Origin: Elsinoe ampelina
Lineage: Eukaryota
NCBI GenBank assembly: GCA_010093995.1
Contig: ML992514.1
Location: 336,084-400,083 of the forward strand
Direction: 5' to 3'
DNA: 64,000 nucleotides
A program made the position numbers and the translations under genes. This document shows, piece after piece, positions 40,731 through 52,793 of this stretch. The notes under the pieces are model-generated. The model saw only the letters and a program-made list of their open reading frames with translations, was not told the origin of the DNA and searched no databases. Each line of letters opens with the position of its first letter. Within the stretch, counting starts at the first letter, position 1.

Positions 40731-41626
40731 AGTCTACTATAGTAGAGTAGAGGTTATATAGTATTATAGATAGTATAGGTGTTTATAATGTTATACTTAT
40801 TTAGCTATATAATTTTAAATAATAGATTTGTTTTTAGACTATTAGAAAGTCTTCTCTACTATTACTTTATATAAGACATTTTAAAACGTACTAGTAGCCC
40901 CTATATAATTATAAATATTAATTATAACTAATATTTTTAATTCTAACCTTTAAAGTATATAATAAACAGAAAGGATTAAAGTATTATTATATTATATTAT
41001 TATAGTAAAGAAATTTATTACTCTCTCTATACTATTCCCCTAGTATAAAGTACTACCTAAAGCTTTAACTCTTAACGTATTACCGACCTAGAACTTCTTA
41101 TAGTAGCGCTTAGCGAGGCTAGAGTCCTTAGCCTAGATAGTAATACACTTAGTATAGATAGTATTAAGGTTTATATCTATATATAGTATTAATAGAGAAT
41201 TTAACATATATTAGATAAGTATATACCTTCTATATATCTAACAATAAATGCCTCTACTAATTCCTAGAGAGCTCTAATTACACTAGTCTAGAAGTAGAGG
41301 TTAGACTTAAAGTCCTAAGTAATCTTATAGATAAGGCAAGAAAAGAGAAGCTTACGGAATAATAAGATAATCTCTTTCTAGTAGCGACAAATCTCTCGGA
41401 GAGTAACAGCTAGCTTCTATTAGTTCTATACTATAATTAAAAACTATAATAATTACTACCGGGCTTATATCTATACTTCTTTCTAGGCTTAGCTCCGAAT
41501 TATAGTGCCTTCTTTATAGTAGGTTACTTCCCTTTATAACCTCTTTCTTTAGGACTAGTAGTAGCTTAAGAATAATTCTTAGTATATACTATAGTAAAAT
41601 AAGAGGTTATTTATATATAGCTAAGA

Positions 41627-41850
41627 AGTTAAAGTTCGTATATAAAATTTTAATATATATAAAATAGTAAAAAGAGAAGACTAGAGTAAGAAATATAAAA
41701 TCTATTATTAGATGCGCTATTTACTATTAATAATAAGAACAATAAAAGAATAATAAATAACTTATATAATAATAGCTTTCTTATTTCTTACTCTAGCTTC
41801 TCCTTTTATTATTTTACATATTTATAAATTGTAATTTCTAACTCTAACTT
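41627..41850. repeat. Imperfect long inverted repeat (hairpin)
   Basis: AAAATAGTAAAAAGAGAAGACTAGAGTAAGAAATA (~41660-41695) mirrors TATTTCTTACTCTAGCTTCTCCTTTTATTATTTT (~41782-41815); outer AAGTTAAAGTT mirrors AACTCTAACTT. Confidence 0.75.
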
Positions 41851-41943
41851 TACCTTTATACCTTTACTTCTTTTACTTACCTTATATATAATTTATATAC
41901 TATAAATACTCTTTTTATTATATTTAATTAAATATCTATACCT

Positions 41944-43188
41944 ATAGAAGACGTTAAGATAGAGTAGAAAGAGTAGGTAGTAATTAAGTAAGAAGAAGAC
42001 TCTAGAGAGAATATTCTAAGGGAATTATTAGGGGTATTAATTATAGTTTCTTATTATATATAGTTACTAACAATACTAGAGGTTTAATTCTAAGTAGTAG
42101 AAAATTAAATACTAGATCTCTTAGCGTAGCGCTAGTTAAACTAGAAAGAGCTATAAGACTAGATTTGTCGCTAAACACTCTAGACCTCTAAGTTAAAGCG
42201 CTTATACTATTAAGTAGAGAGATTATACTTCTTAGCATATATATAAGAAGTAAGCCCTAGCTACTACTTATATAGTAGATCGTAAAGTAGTTAGTACTTT
42301 ACGTAATAAGATTAAGATAGAGAATAGATAGGACTAGCTCTCTACTAATAAGTAGAATGTTAAAATTAATAATACTATTAATAATATAGAGGAGAAACAC
42401 TTTAATAAGTAGAGGAGTAGTAAGTCTATTATTATAGTATACTATTATAGTAGTACTAATTGTTATAGGCGAGTAGCTCGAATCTATATTTATATAGACC
42501 TATAAGAAATAAGCTAGTATTAGAAAGACTCTACAAAAGTAAAAGTATAATAAGATTATTAAGCGTATCTAAGATAATATAGTAGTAAATTAGTAAGGCG
42601 AATAATAGCTAATATAAGCCTATATGTATATCTATAGTACTAGCGGTATTATTAAGAAGCTATAGTACTAGATTTACTAGAATAGCTATATAAGCCTTAT
42701 TACTAATAATACTAATAATAAATAGGCGTATAAGATTTTTTTTAAGTAGCTTAAAGAGCTCTCTCCTATAGAATTAGTAGTCTTATAGGATCCTAACTAG
42801 TAGTAAGTTTATTATAGTCTTTAATTATAGTATATTCTAACAATTATATAAGTAAGTTGTTTCTCTACCTCCTAAGTATAAATATATCTCTAAGCTTAAA
42901 CTCCGTAGTACTAGGCTATACTATAAAGGAGACAATAATAATAAGTATAAGGAGAAGGTTAAGAAGAATAAGAATAAGATCGAAAGGATATTAGATAAAG
43001 AAGCTAGTAGTAAGGAGAATAATTATTTAGGTATTAAAGTTAAAAATAAGTCGAATAGTAAGGATAAGAATAATAAGATTATAGAGCACTCTAAGCTTAA
43101 GACTAACACTAATAACAATAATAAGAATAAGAATATAAAGGATAAGAATACTACTAAGGTTAAGGATAAGGAGATGTCTAATACCTAG
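41944..43188 (+). pseudogene. RIP-killed gene with E/Q-rich N-terminus and (de-RIPped) D/E-rich acidic C-terminus
   Basis: Frame starts ATA(=ATG)GAAGACGTT; runs of AAT/AAG/GAT/GAG codons 42930-43185 end at TAG; intron-like GTAAGT..TAG ~42852-42907. Confidence 0.45.
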
Positions 43189-43346
43189 GTATAATAGAGA
43201 TTAAAAGTGTAAAATCTATAAGTAGTAGCATTAAAGAATATAGTTTATAATTAGAATCTATAATTAGTAATTCTCTCTTGTTAACTTTTAAGATTACTAC
43301 TTAAACTTTTTAGATTACTAATACTCTACTAGGTATAAAATTAATT

Positions 43347-43445
43347 ACTCTACTCTACTTTACCTACCTCTCGGTATACCTTACCCTTACCTACCTTAGC
43401 GTAGGTATACTAAGAGGTAGGTAGAGTATAGATAGAGTAGAGTAT
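43347..43445. repeat. Inverted repeat with TACTC/GAGTA microrepeats
   Basis: ACTTTACCTACCTCTCGGTATACCT pairs with AGGTATACTAAGAGGTAGGTAGAGT; mismatches are transitions. Confidence 0.75.
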
Positions 43446-43862
43446 AGGTATCTAAATTGTATACTCTACTCTATCTACTAACTACCCTATTTAGAGGTAA
43501 CGTAGATATAAGGTAGTTAAGGCATTTTTATAAAAGCCTCGTATATGTCTTATATAATGTCTAGTAGTAGTAGTCCTAGGAATCTAGTTCCTAGGGAAGC
43601 GTTTATCTAGTCGCTATAGCGCTAAAGCTAATCGGTAGTAATAATATTACTTTTCTTAGAATTTCTAGTAGTATTATAGGAGATATACGCCTTACGCTAG
43701 TAGCTATAATAAAGATATAGTATACTAGAGGTTAGTCTATATAATTTTATTATTCCCTCTTATATTTTTCTTTTCTATCTAAAACATATTTATATTTTAT
43801 TAACCTTTTACTATATAAGTATACTACCTATAACTATTATATTATTTAACTCTAGCTCTCCT

Positions 43863-44642
43863 ATAGCTAATACTTGTAGCGTAAGGTCTACTAGCGCCTA
43901 GGGAGCTATTACTACTAGCGCTAACTCTATAACTCTTTTACTTCCTAAAGAGGAGGCTAATACCTATACTAGGTACGCTAATAGCGTTACTAAGAGTAAG
44001 CTAATAGAGCTTTTATAAGGGATATAACTAATTCGTAGCAGGTTGTGTCTATACTAGAGGTAACTTTAGTATCTTCTTCTATTATAAGTGTAAATACTAC
44101 GCCTATAGTAAGTATATATACGAGCTACTTCTATCTATTCTACGTAATATATATATTAATACCTTTAATATAGTTACTAAGCTTAAGGCCTCTAACTAGG
44201 CCGGTATTACCGCAGCTAAGAAGTATATATATATTATAGCCTATAAGAACATCTCTAAGGTTAAGAAGTTTAAGACTATACTTAAAGTATACTATACTAA
44301 TAAGAACAAGATTGTTAGTAAGGTCTCGACTCCTTATATAGAGCCTATAGGTAGCTCGCTTAGTAGTATTACGCTCGAGCGTAAGAAGGTTAAGAAGCTA
44401 TAGAAGATTAGGTATAGCCTTTATAGCTTAATTACTATTAGTAAGGAGGTAAGGAGGTAAGTTAGACTATGCTCCTTATACGTTATAAACATAGCTAACA
44501 GGTTTAGATAGTGTATAACTCTAGTAGTTCTACTACTAAAATCGACTATATTATAGCTAGTAGATAGCTTATAGCCTCTATAGCACTTATAGGGAAGAAT
44601 CTTAGTATAGAGATAGACAAGGATAGTAATAAGAATAAGTAG
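43863..44642 (+). pseudogene. RIP-killed two-intron gene encoding a Zn(II)2Cys6-like protein with acidic tail
   Basis: Introns 43996-44038 (GTAAGC..CTAAT..TAG) and ~44449-44507 (GTAAGG..GCTAAC..TAG). The spliced frame gives C-x2-C-x8-C-x14-C-x2-C-x6-C if four TAT/TAC codons are restored to TGT/TGC (two Cys survive as TGT). Confidence 0.55.
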
Positions 44643-44849
44643 GCGTATATAAGCTAGGTGTATATCTCTAGCGCTATACCTTTAATAAGGCCTTATATAG
44701 AGCATAATAGAGTATAGAGTTTAGGTTAATACCTGTAATAGTAGTATAAGTATAGCGCTTTATTAAAATATATTTCCCTAGATAAGGAGTTTACTCTTTA
44801 CTCTATTTATATATTTATATAATCTATCTACTTATATACTCTATAATCT

Positions 44850-47800
44850 ATATCTTTAGCGACCTTTCTTAGCTACTCTTAGCTATAACTTGTATATAGT
44901 AATTAGCTCTTCTATATTTATGTAATTCTCTTTAGGTTCCTAGCTATTAAACTTAATAGGCTAGTCCTTCTACTTTACTAAGTAGAATACCTTACCCTTT
45001 ATAGTTCTCCTACCTAGGATCTTCTTTACTATCTACTTATTTACTTCGTTAGTAAGAGGTATACTCTCTTTTAGCTCCTTACTAGCTCTATCTATCTATA
45101 GTTCGAGAAGAGATATATAAAAGACATTATAGATGTAATACTAACTTAGTAAAGCTAGGCGATACACCTATAATCTAATTATATTAAGTATGTAAAATAG
45201 GCTAAGAAATTATAGTTCTATCTTCTTCTTTAGTATAGATAGCTATAAGTTCTTAGCTAAGAGTAGTACTAAGTTACCTACGCTATATACCCTTAGTATA
45301 TACTTCCTATTATAGTACTTAGCCTAGTAGGCGAAAGTCTCTTTCTATTACTCTACTAGCTTCGTATATATATCTTATAAGTGTTATACTAACTCTACTA
45401 CTACTAGTACTCTTCTCTCTAAAGTCTTGTCCTAAGACTTAATAGCTATTACCTCTAACTCTAGATAGTAGCTATATATTATTTAGAAGGGGCTTATACG
45501 TAGTGTAGTATAAATGCTATTATTACTTACAAATTCTACTTATAATAGACATTCGGCCTAGTTGTTCTATAGCTCTATATAGTAGTACCTTAGGTACTAT
45601 TCTAATATCTAGTTTTATTACTTAGTTTAACTGTCTATCTATAGGTAAAAGGCTATACTAAGCCTATGCTTTACATGCGTTTCGTAATAGAATTTACTCT
45701 AGAACTAGCTAGTAAAGACCGATCCTTAATTACTTACTATTCCCCTTAGGACACTATAATAGCAAATAACGTAGTTATATAGAATCTCTACTAGCTCTAT
45801 AGACGTACACTTCTTAGTAGTAGAGATATATAGTAATATCTTAGTATAATAGTCTATAATTACTAGTACTATATTATAGATACTACTACTTTACTTACTT
45901 AGTAGTAGGTTAGTAATAAAATCTATTATAATTTCTTACTATAGGCAGTCTAGTATTAGTAGCGCACGTAGCTTACTATAGAGGCGATAGTAGCGCGCCT
46001 TATATTTCTAGTATACTTAGTATAACTATATATAGTTATTAATATCTTTCCTTATAGTTACCTAGAAGTACTTCTATAAGAGAAGTTTAAGTATCTTATT
46101 CTTACTAAAGTAACTAGCCTATTCGCTATTATAGTGTATATATAGCATCTACGCCTTAAGTACACTATTATTTAGAATAACTAGTAACTCTTTATAGAAG
46201 AGAAGATTATCTTATATGTTCTATAGTACTCTACTCTTATCTTTACTACTCCCCGCTTATAAATATAGCTTTAAAATCTTAGAGTCTTATCCTTATAGTA
46301 GCTCTACTACTAACATTAGATTAGTAAATAGATCTTTAAAGGGATCCTCCCTTATAGTTACTATAACTATAACTCGCTAGGTTATTATAAGCCTCTAGGA
46401 GTTCTTAGAAGAGAAGTTGCTACTATACGGCGTATAGGCGGCCTAGGCCTATCCTAGGGTAGCCTTATATATAGCGTAGATATGTCTAATAAGCGAAGTA
46501 GCTTCCTTAACGTTAGTAGTCTAGTTCTATATACGAAGCTTATTCTAAAGAGTAGAAAGAAGATATAATACCTCTTACTCTTCCGCTACGTAGTTAAAGC
46601 GCCTTAAGGGTATATTAGCTAGGTTTCTTATACCTAGCTAATACTCTATTATAAAGTTAAAAGTAGTAAGGAAGGTAGCCTAGTAAGCTTATTAGCCGTT
46701 TAGCTATTTTAGCTTTATAAATCCTCGGAGATTATTATAGTTAGTAAGTACTTAAATTATATATAAGGCACCTTTAAGGTAGTATTACTATTACTTAAAT
46801 ACATATACGATCGCTAATAGCTCTTAGTTATACATCTCGTAATTATACTTAGCTAGAATAAACTTCCTTAACTAAAAGGCAATTAGGTGCTAAGTACTAT
46901 TAAATAGCTAAGATAGAATCGCTACTACTACAAACTTTAATATATTACTTTTAATATATAGAAGTAGTATAGGATTGTAGTAATAGAGAATAGAGACATA
47001 TATAAAGGCGTCCCTAATGTTCTTAAATACCTACTACTTACTTACGCTCTATATAAAAGAGCTATACTTCCGACTCTTAACTAAGTCTTTTAGGAGACTA
47101 GAGAGAGAAGTAATAATCTTAGAGTAATACTACACGAAGTAGTAGTAGAAATTCGTAAAGCTAGTAAACTACTAGACTTTATAATAACTCTTCGGCCTTA
47201 GCTAATTCTTAATTATAGTTACTCTACTTAGATCTATTAAGACACCTATAGTAGAGATAATATAGCTTAGGAATTCTACCTCCTTAGTAAAGAATTTACA
47301 TTTCTTAAGGTTAATATATAAAGTAAACTTCTATAGCCTCGCTAGAATCTTATATATATAATATATATAGTTCTCTCTTAAGTTACTATAGATAAGAATA
47401 TTATTAAGGTAGACGATATAGATAGTATTAACTAGCCTACCTAGCGCTCTATTAATATATACTTAGAAGGTAGCTAGTGTATTAGTTAACCTAAAGAGTA
47501 TAACTAAATACTTAAAATAGCTATAGTATATATAAAATATAGTTTTCTACTTGTCGCTATACTTAATAGAGATTCTATAGTAAGTATCCTTAAGATCTAA
47601 CTTCGAGAACTACTAGGCTTACTCGAGCTAATTAAGCATCTTACTAATAAGTAGAAGCAGGTAGCGATTTTTAATAGTTATCTCGTTTAAGCCTCGATAA
47701 TCTATATATAAGTATAGGCTACTATCCTTCTTAGGCATAAATAAGATAGAAGTACTTACCTCGCTTATAGAGTGCCTAATTTACCTATTTAATTAAGTAG

Positions 47801-49923
47801 TCTCGAGATAGTCCTTAAGCACTTTAAGCTTCTTAACTAAGAGGTTATATAAGGGCTAGAATAGAGGCCTCTTACCTAGCTCTAGCTTAATTATATACTT
47901 AGCGCCTAGAGGGTATAGTAGGTTAGTAATATCCTTATAGATAAAGACGTTAGAGAACTCTATAAACTCTAGCGGTAGAGCTAGGTTATCTATAGCGTAA
48001 GTACTCTTCTTAAGTAGAGTCTATACTATAGTATATACTCTTAGCTCGTTCTTAAGGTCTTTTATAAAGTCTTTTAGTTTACGTAAGTAAACTATATATA
48101 AGAAGTAGCTATATAACTAGTTGTCTATAGTGCTATTTATAATTATATATTATCTTCTCTACTATAGGCGCTCTAAAATAACTAGAGGGCCTAGTTCTAA
48201 GTCTACGGCGTAGAAGAGGCTAATTGTCTCCCTAAGGTCGCTATAGAAGTCTACTAGACATACGCGAAGATAGTATATACTATAGTAGAATCTAGCTTGC
48301 TCTATAAAGGAAGATATACTTAGATACTAAGTATACTTAATTCTTAGTAGATCGTAGCGAAGAGTAAATACCTAAGATATAAGATTAACTTCTATATAAT
48401 TGTCTATAAGGAACATATAGTCTTTATAGTCTATAGGCGCTATAATAGCGCTATAATAGAGTAGCGATAGGTAAGTGTCGATTAAAAGGGAAGTAGAGCT
48501 TAGTTACACTTATTAGCTAAGCCCTTAGAGTTTACTAGCTTAGAGTTATTAGTCTTATCTATAGTAGTAACCTTATATATCGCCTATAACTTCTTATCTT
48601 TCTATAAGTGCTTCGATCTATACTTCGGCTTAATATAACTAGTTTTGCTATAGCTATAGTACTTAGTATTCTTCTTCTACTTGTCGGAGGAACCTCTCTA
48701 TTTACTAAACTATTTAGTAGGTAAGTTAGTAGCTTTACGCTTATAGCGAGCTTAAGAGCTACTACTAGACTAGTAGTAGTATTCTTTTTAGAGGCTACTA
48801 TAACTACTATACTTATACGGGTAGTTACTTTTATCTTCTCGTATAGTACGCTTACTACTAGTATAGTCTATAGACTTAATATATAAGCCTAAAGAGACTA
48901 ACTTCTAGTATATAGCTAGAATAGTATAGTGTTTAATAATAGTAGTACGTAGCGTAGGCTATAGCTTAGTAAGGAGGTAGCGTACTCTCTACTCCTTAGA
49001 GTAGAGAGCTAGTTACTCCTTAAGAGTAGTAAGCTCTAAGGCGAAGGCCTAGATAGATTAGCTCTTATATTATTAGGTACCCTCGTATACGAGAGTTACG
49101 TACACTCTATAGTTAATAGAGTTATTAACTATATTCTATATAAACTAGCGGAATTACTTCTATATATAGTCTTCTAAGCTATCTACGTAATAGCGGTAGT
49201 ACTATATCTTATCTAGCTTGCCTATAAGAAATATAACTCTATATAGTACCTTCTACTAGTTAGTAGAGTAAGCCTTAGAGGCTAGAGCAAAGATAATCTT
49301 AAGATTCTTTAGGAAGGATCTTACCTCTTTTAGAGTCTTACTCTAATAGAGATAAGATTCTCTTAGTTAAGGTTATCTAGAGAATAGTCTTATAAATGGT
49401 CTATCGCTACTATATATACTCTACGTGCTAGCGTTACTTACTATAGGCTTAGTAGAAGCACGCGAGCTGTAATCGAAGCCTCCTTAGTAGTATTCTATAT
49501 TATATATATAGTATATTTACTTAATCTCTTCCTCGAGGCTCTAAGCCTTAAGCTTTAGCTCTAAACGCTTATGCTCGGCGTATAGGTATAGTAGCTACTC
49601 CGTAAGAGTCTCTTTTTCCTCTAGAGAAGTCTACTTAATAGAGTCTATTTCTATAACATTAATAACGTAAGGCGCTAGCGCCTTACTAATAGAGTTCTAG
49701 TTATCTATAGAGTCTAATAGATTATAACTATAGGTAGAGCAATTAGAACTATTAATACTTTATATTAAAGCTATATATATTATAATATAGAGAACGCCTA
49801 TCTAACTAAATAGTTCGTTAGTAGTAGAACTAATTACTATTAAGCCTCGGGCGTAAGTGCTATATAGGATATTTAAGTATATTACGTAAGCGGAACTAGC
49901 CGCTACTAAGTGCCGCTCTAATA
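44850..49923 (-). mobile_element. Second Ty3/Gypsy chromovirus (Gypsy-C), inverted, inserted in the Gypsy-A integrase; 3' LTR missing
   Basis: Minus strand: zinc knuckle ~48615-48662; RT IVYLNNILIY ~47390-47415; IN AFYL*IDS*TK (=AFHPQTDGQTE) ~45620-45655; chromodomain ~44890-45045. Putative 5' LTR ~49765-49923, where the Gypsy-A integrase frame resumes. Confidence 0.85.
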
Positions 49924-50510
49924 CTAAGCCCTTATAATTGCTAAGGCTAACCTCGCTATTACCTAGTTACGGATAGTAGAATAAGCTAATAAGCACTACT
50001 AGCCGATAGAGTTTAAGGTAGATAATTTAGTTTAGCTATTAATAAAGAACCTCCGGCTATAAAGTAATCTAAAGCTACTACTAAAGCATGTCGGTCTCTA
50101 TAAGATTCTTAAGAAACAATCGCTATTAGTGTATAAGCTCGATTTACTAGCTACGCTACGAAGGATACACTTAGTTTTTATACTAACCTCCTTACTAAAT
50201 ATCTAAATAACTCTCTACTAGGCTAAGCCTTTAAGGAACTACTACTAATAGAAGTTAATAGTAAAGAGAAGTACGAAGTAGACGACATTATTAACATACG
50301 TATACTACGTAGAAAGCTAGTTACTTATATAAGCTAGAAGAGCTATCTAGAGGATCTTACTTAGTAGCTAATTAACAATCTTAAAGGAGTAGCTAACGTA
50401 CTACGTAACTATCTAGATTCTTATATAGATAAGCCTTGTCTAAGCTAGATTAATAAGGAACGAACTATATAATAGTATTTAAGAGTAAACATATTTAAGA
50501 GAGGAGGTAG

Positions 50511-50712
50511 TAATACGAGATAGATACGAACTAGATTTAGTTAGGATATAGTTCGGATTAGTTACGTAATCTCGGCATTATAGCCTAGGCTTCCGGCCGC
50601 TTTGCTCTTAATATTATATGTGCTTTTTATACTAGTTTTCTTCTTCTTTTTCTAAGTCTCGATATCTTAATAAATAGACGTAATTAACCTCTTATCTTGC
50701 TAGTCGTAATTA
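50511..50712 (+). repeat. 3' LTR of Gypsy-A
   Basis: Direct repeat of 29633-29834, preceded by PPT and followed by TSD AGTTT. Confidence 0.93.
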
Positions 50713-50879
50713 AGTTTAGCTACTTATAAGCTTATAATTTCTTTAGCTATCTCTTCTATTACTACTTAATTCTTTACCTCTACTAATACGCTTAATAAAA
50801 GCATAAAAAAGAGTAGTATTCTTACGCTACTAGCGCTCTATTTACTTCTCTAGCTAGTTAATCGACAAGCGTAGGTTAC

Positions 50880-52026
50880 TAAGTTAAGATATGCTACTAG
50901 CGTTAAGTAAAGTAGTCTACTTATCGAGATAGATAGTAAGACTATATTCTATATTAATAGCGTCTTTATATTGTCCTCTATAGCGGCGAATATTATAACT
51001 CTAGCTTCTATCTCTCGCCTTACTCGCCGAGCTATTATTTACTTAGTAGGTACTACTAGCTATAGCGACAGTAGTAGTAGTAGTAGTAGAGGAAGGCCTA
51101 GCCTTACTACTAGCCTATAGCGCCTTACTATTCTTCTCCTTATTCTTCTCCGCTAATAACTAACTATTGCTCTTATCTAGATAAGGGCCTTAGTGACTTA
51201 TAAGCGAGATAGACTAGCAATTTATCTATATAGCCTTAGCCTTAGTATCCTCCTTGTCGCTAACTACTAGCTTACGCTCGTATAGCTCCTATACTTACTT
51301 AATAAAGAAGTTAAGCTATAGCTTTAAGTTAGTAATATTCTTTAAACTACTAGGATTCTTAGTGTAATAGTTAGCCTTCTCCTTATAGTAGTTAATAATC
51401 TACTTCTTTAATATATACGTAAGTGTCTTATAGTTCTTACTAGTCTTTAACCTCTAATTCTTCTATAGCCTTATAATCTACTTACTAAGTAGCTTATTCT
51501 TTAAGAGTGCTAGACTAATCTCTTAAGCTATTACTAAGATTGCTTTTTTATAAGTATCTAGCTAGTAAGTTAGTGTTAGCTTTATAGTAGATAAGGATTA
51601 CTACTTCTTAGAAGCTAGCGTAGACTTAGCTAGCTACTTACTAGCCTTTCTCTTTTAACTTAATACTACCTCTATCTCTAGCTCTATCTCTTTCTCTTTC
51701 TTAGTATCTACTATCTACCTCTTTACCTCCCTCTTCCTCTCTAATACTACTATACTAGTCTACTACGCCGGCGCTAATAACAAGGCTAGTGTAGCTAGTA
51801 GTTCTATTACCTTTACTAGCAACTATAGTAGTATCTATACTACTAAGTTTAAAGGTGCTAGTAAGAGTATTAATTAAGATTAAATAGAAGGAAGGTAGTA
51901 CTCTAGATAGAAGTGCTACTATAGCGGAGAGTAGTATCCTTATAAAGGATATAGTAACTATAATAGCAAATAACCTCCCTATAGTAATTAATAGCTAGAT
52001 TAGTTATATTACTACAAATTCTCTAT
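50880..52026 (-). pseudogene. RIP-killed Harbinger second ORF (P/Q-rich N-terminus, putative Myb/SANT-like DNA-binding protein)
   Basis: Continuous minus frame from ATA(=ATG)GAG at 52026, convergent with the transposase as typical of PIF/Harbinger. The Myb assignment comes from context and Trp spacing only. Confidence 0.6.
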
Positions 52027-52793
52027 CTTATAATAAGGTAGTAATATTAATCTATTACACCTTAAAGAACAACGCGTTAGAAGAGATATTAGAGTAAATT
52101 CGCTACCTCGGTAATCTAACTACTCTTAGCTAGCACTATACCTCTTTAAGCACTCTAAGCTAGCTATTAAGAGTCGATAGGTAGCTATTGACCTTTAATA
52201 GCTAGCTATTACAGTTTACGCCGTCTACTACGCCGTCACCAATTGTCAAACGACCGCTCTACGCTATTTGATCAGAAGGAGTAAGATCAACGCTGGCTGT
52301 CACTCGACCGACAGCTGCTAAAACCCTCTATTCAGGCATCCCAAATGTCAAGCCGTAGGGCTGACTCGGGAATCGGGATAAGGACGGGAAGATCCGGATC
52401 CGCGCCCATGACTTGCGGCTCTTCACTATTCGAGCATCCTGCTGCCAGCTGGACAGAAAAGCCTCCGACTTGCCCTCTCTCCGAACGAAAAGTGGACTTG
52501 TCGAATGATCGCGTGTTGACCACGATCATGAGAAGCAAGCAAGATGCACGAGTATCACAGAACTACCAGGAACACGTTCATCGCATGACCATTCCCGGAG
52601 CTCGGATGCTTATGGATGAGCTTACCAGATCGGATCGTTTCCAGTCCCTGAACCTTCCTTGAGAGCTTCTGCACATGTCCGTTGAGCTTCACAGATATGA
52701 CGTGTGACGATTGAATCTTCCATTGTCGTCTCGAGTCTGCTCCAGTATTGTCACCAATTGCGGTTCTCCATTTCTCACCACATTATCGCTGTC

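Larger units (their letters stand above)
29633..50712 (+). mobile_element. Ty3/Gypsy chromovirus (Gypsy-A) nested in the Harbinger; internally interrupted 34879-49923
   Basis: 202-bp LTRs 29633-29834 and 50511-50712; 5-bp TSD AGTTT (29628-32, 50713-17); PPT AAGAGAGGAGG. Gag zinc knuckle ~31293; RT IYLDNILIY (=YLDD) 33053; IN GHL*IDS*LE (=GHPQTDGQSE) ~34838; IN C-terminus, GPY/F and chromodomain 49924-50470. Confidence 0.93.
27977..52329. mobile_element. PIF/Harbinger-superfamily DNA transposon (~3.3 kb core) expanded to 24.4 kb by nested LTR elements
   Basis: Perfect 37-bp TIRs AGAGGGTTTTAGCAGCTGTCGGTCGAGTGACAGCCAG (27977-28013) and reverse complement (52293-52329); ATT on both flanks (27974-76, 52330-32); convergent transposase and second ORF. 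Confidence 0.92.

Noticed and set aside
27977..52329. Starship-type giant element
   Set aside because: No tyrosine-recombinase captain seen; symmetric TIRs, a DDE transposase and nested LTR elements account for the block.
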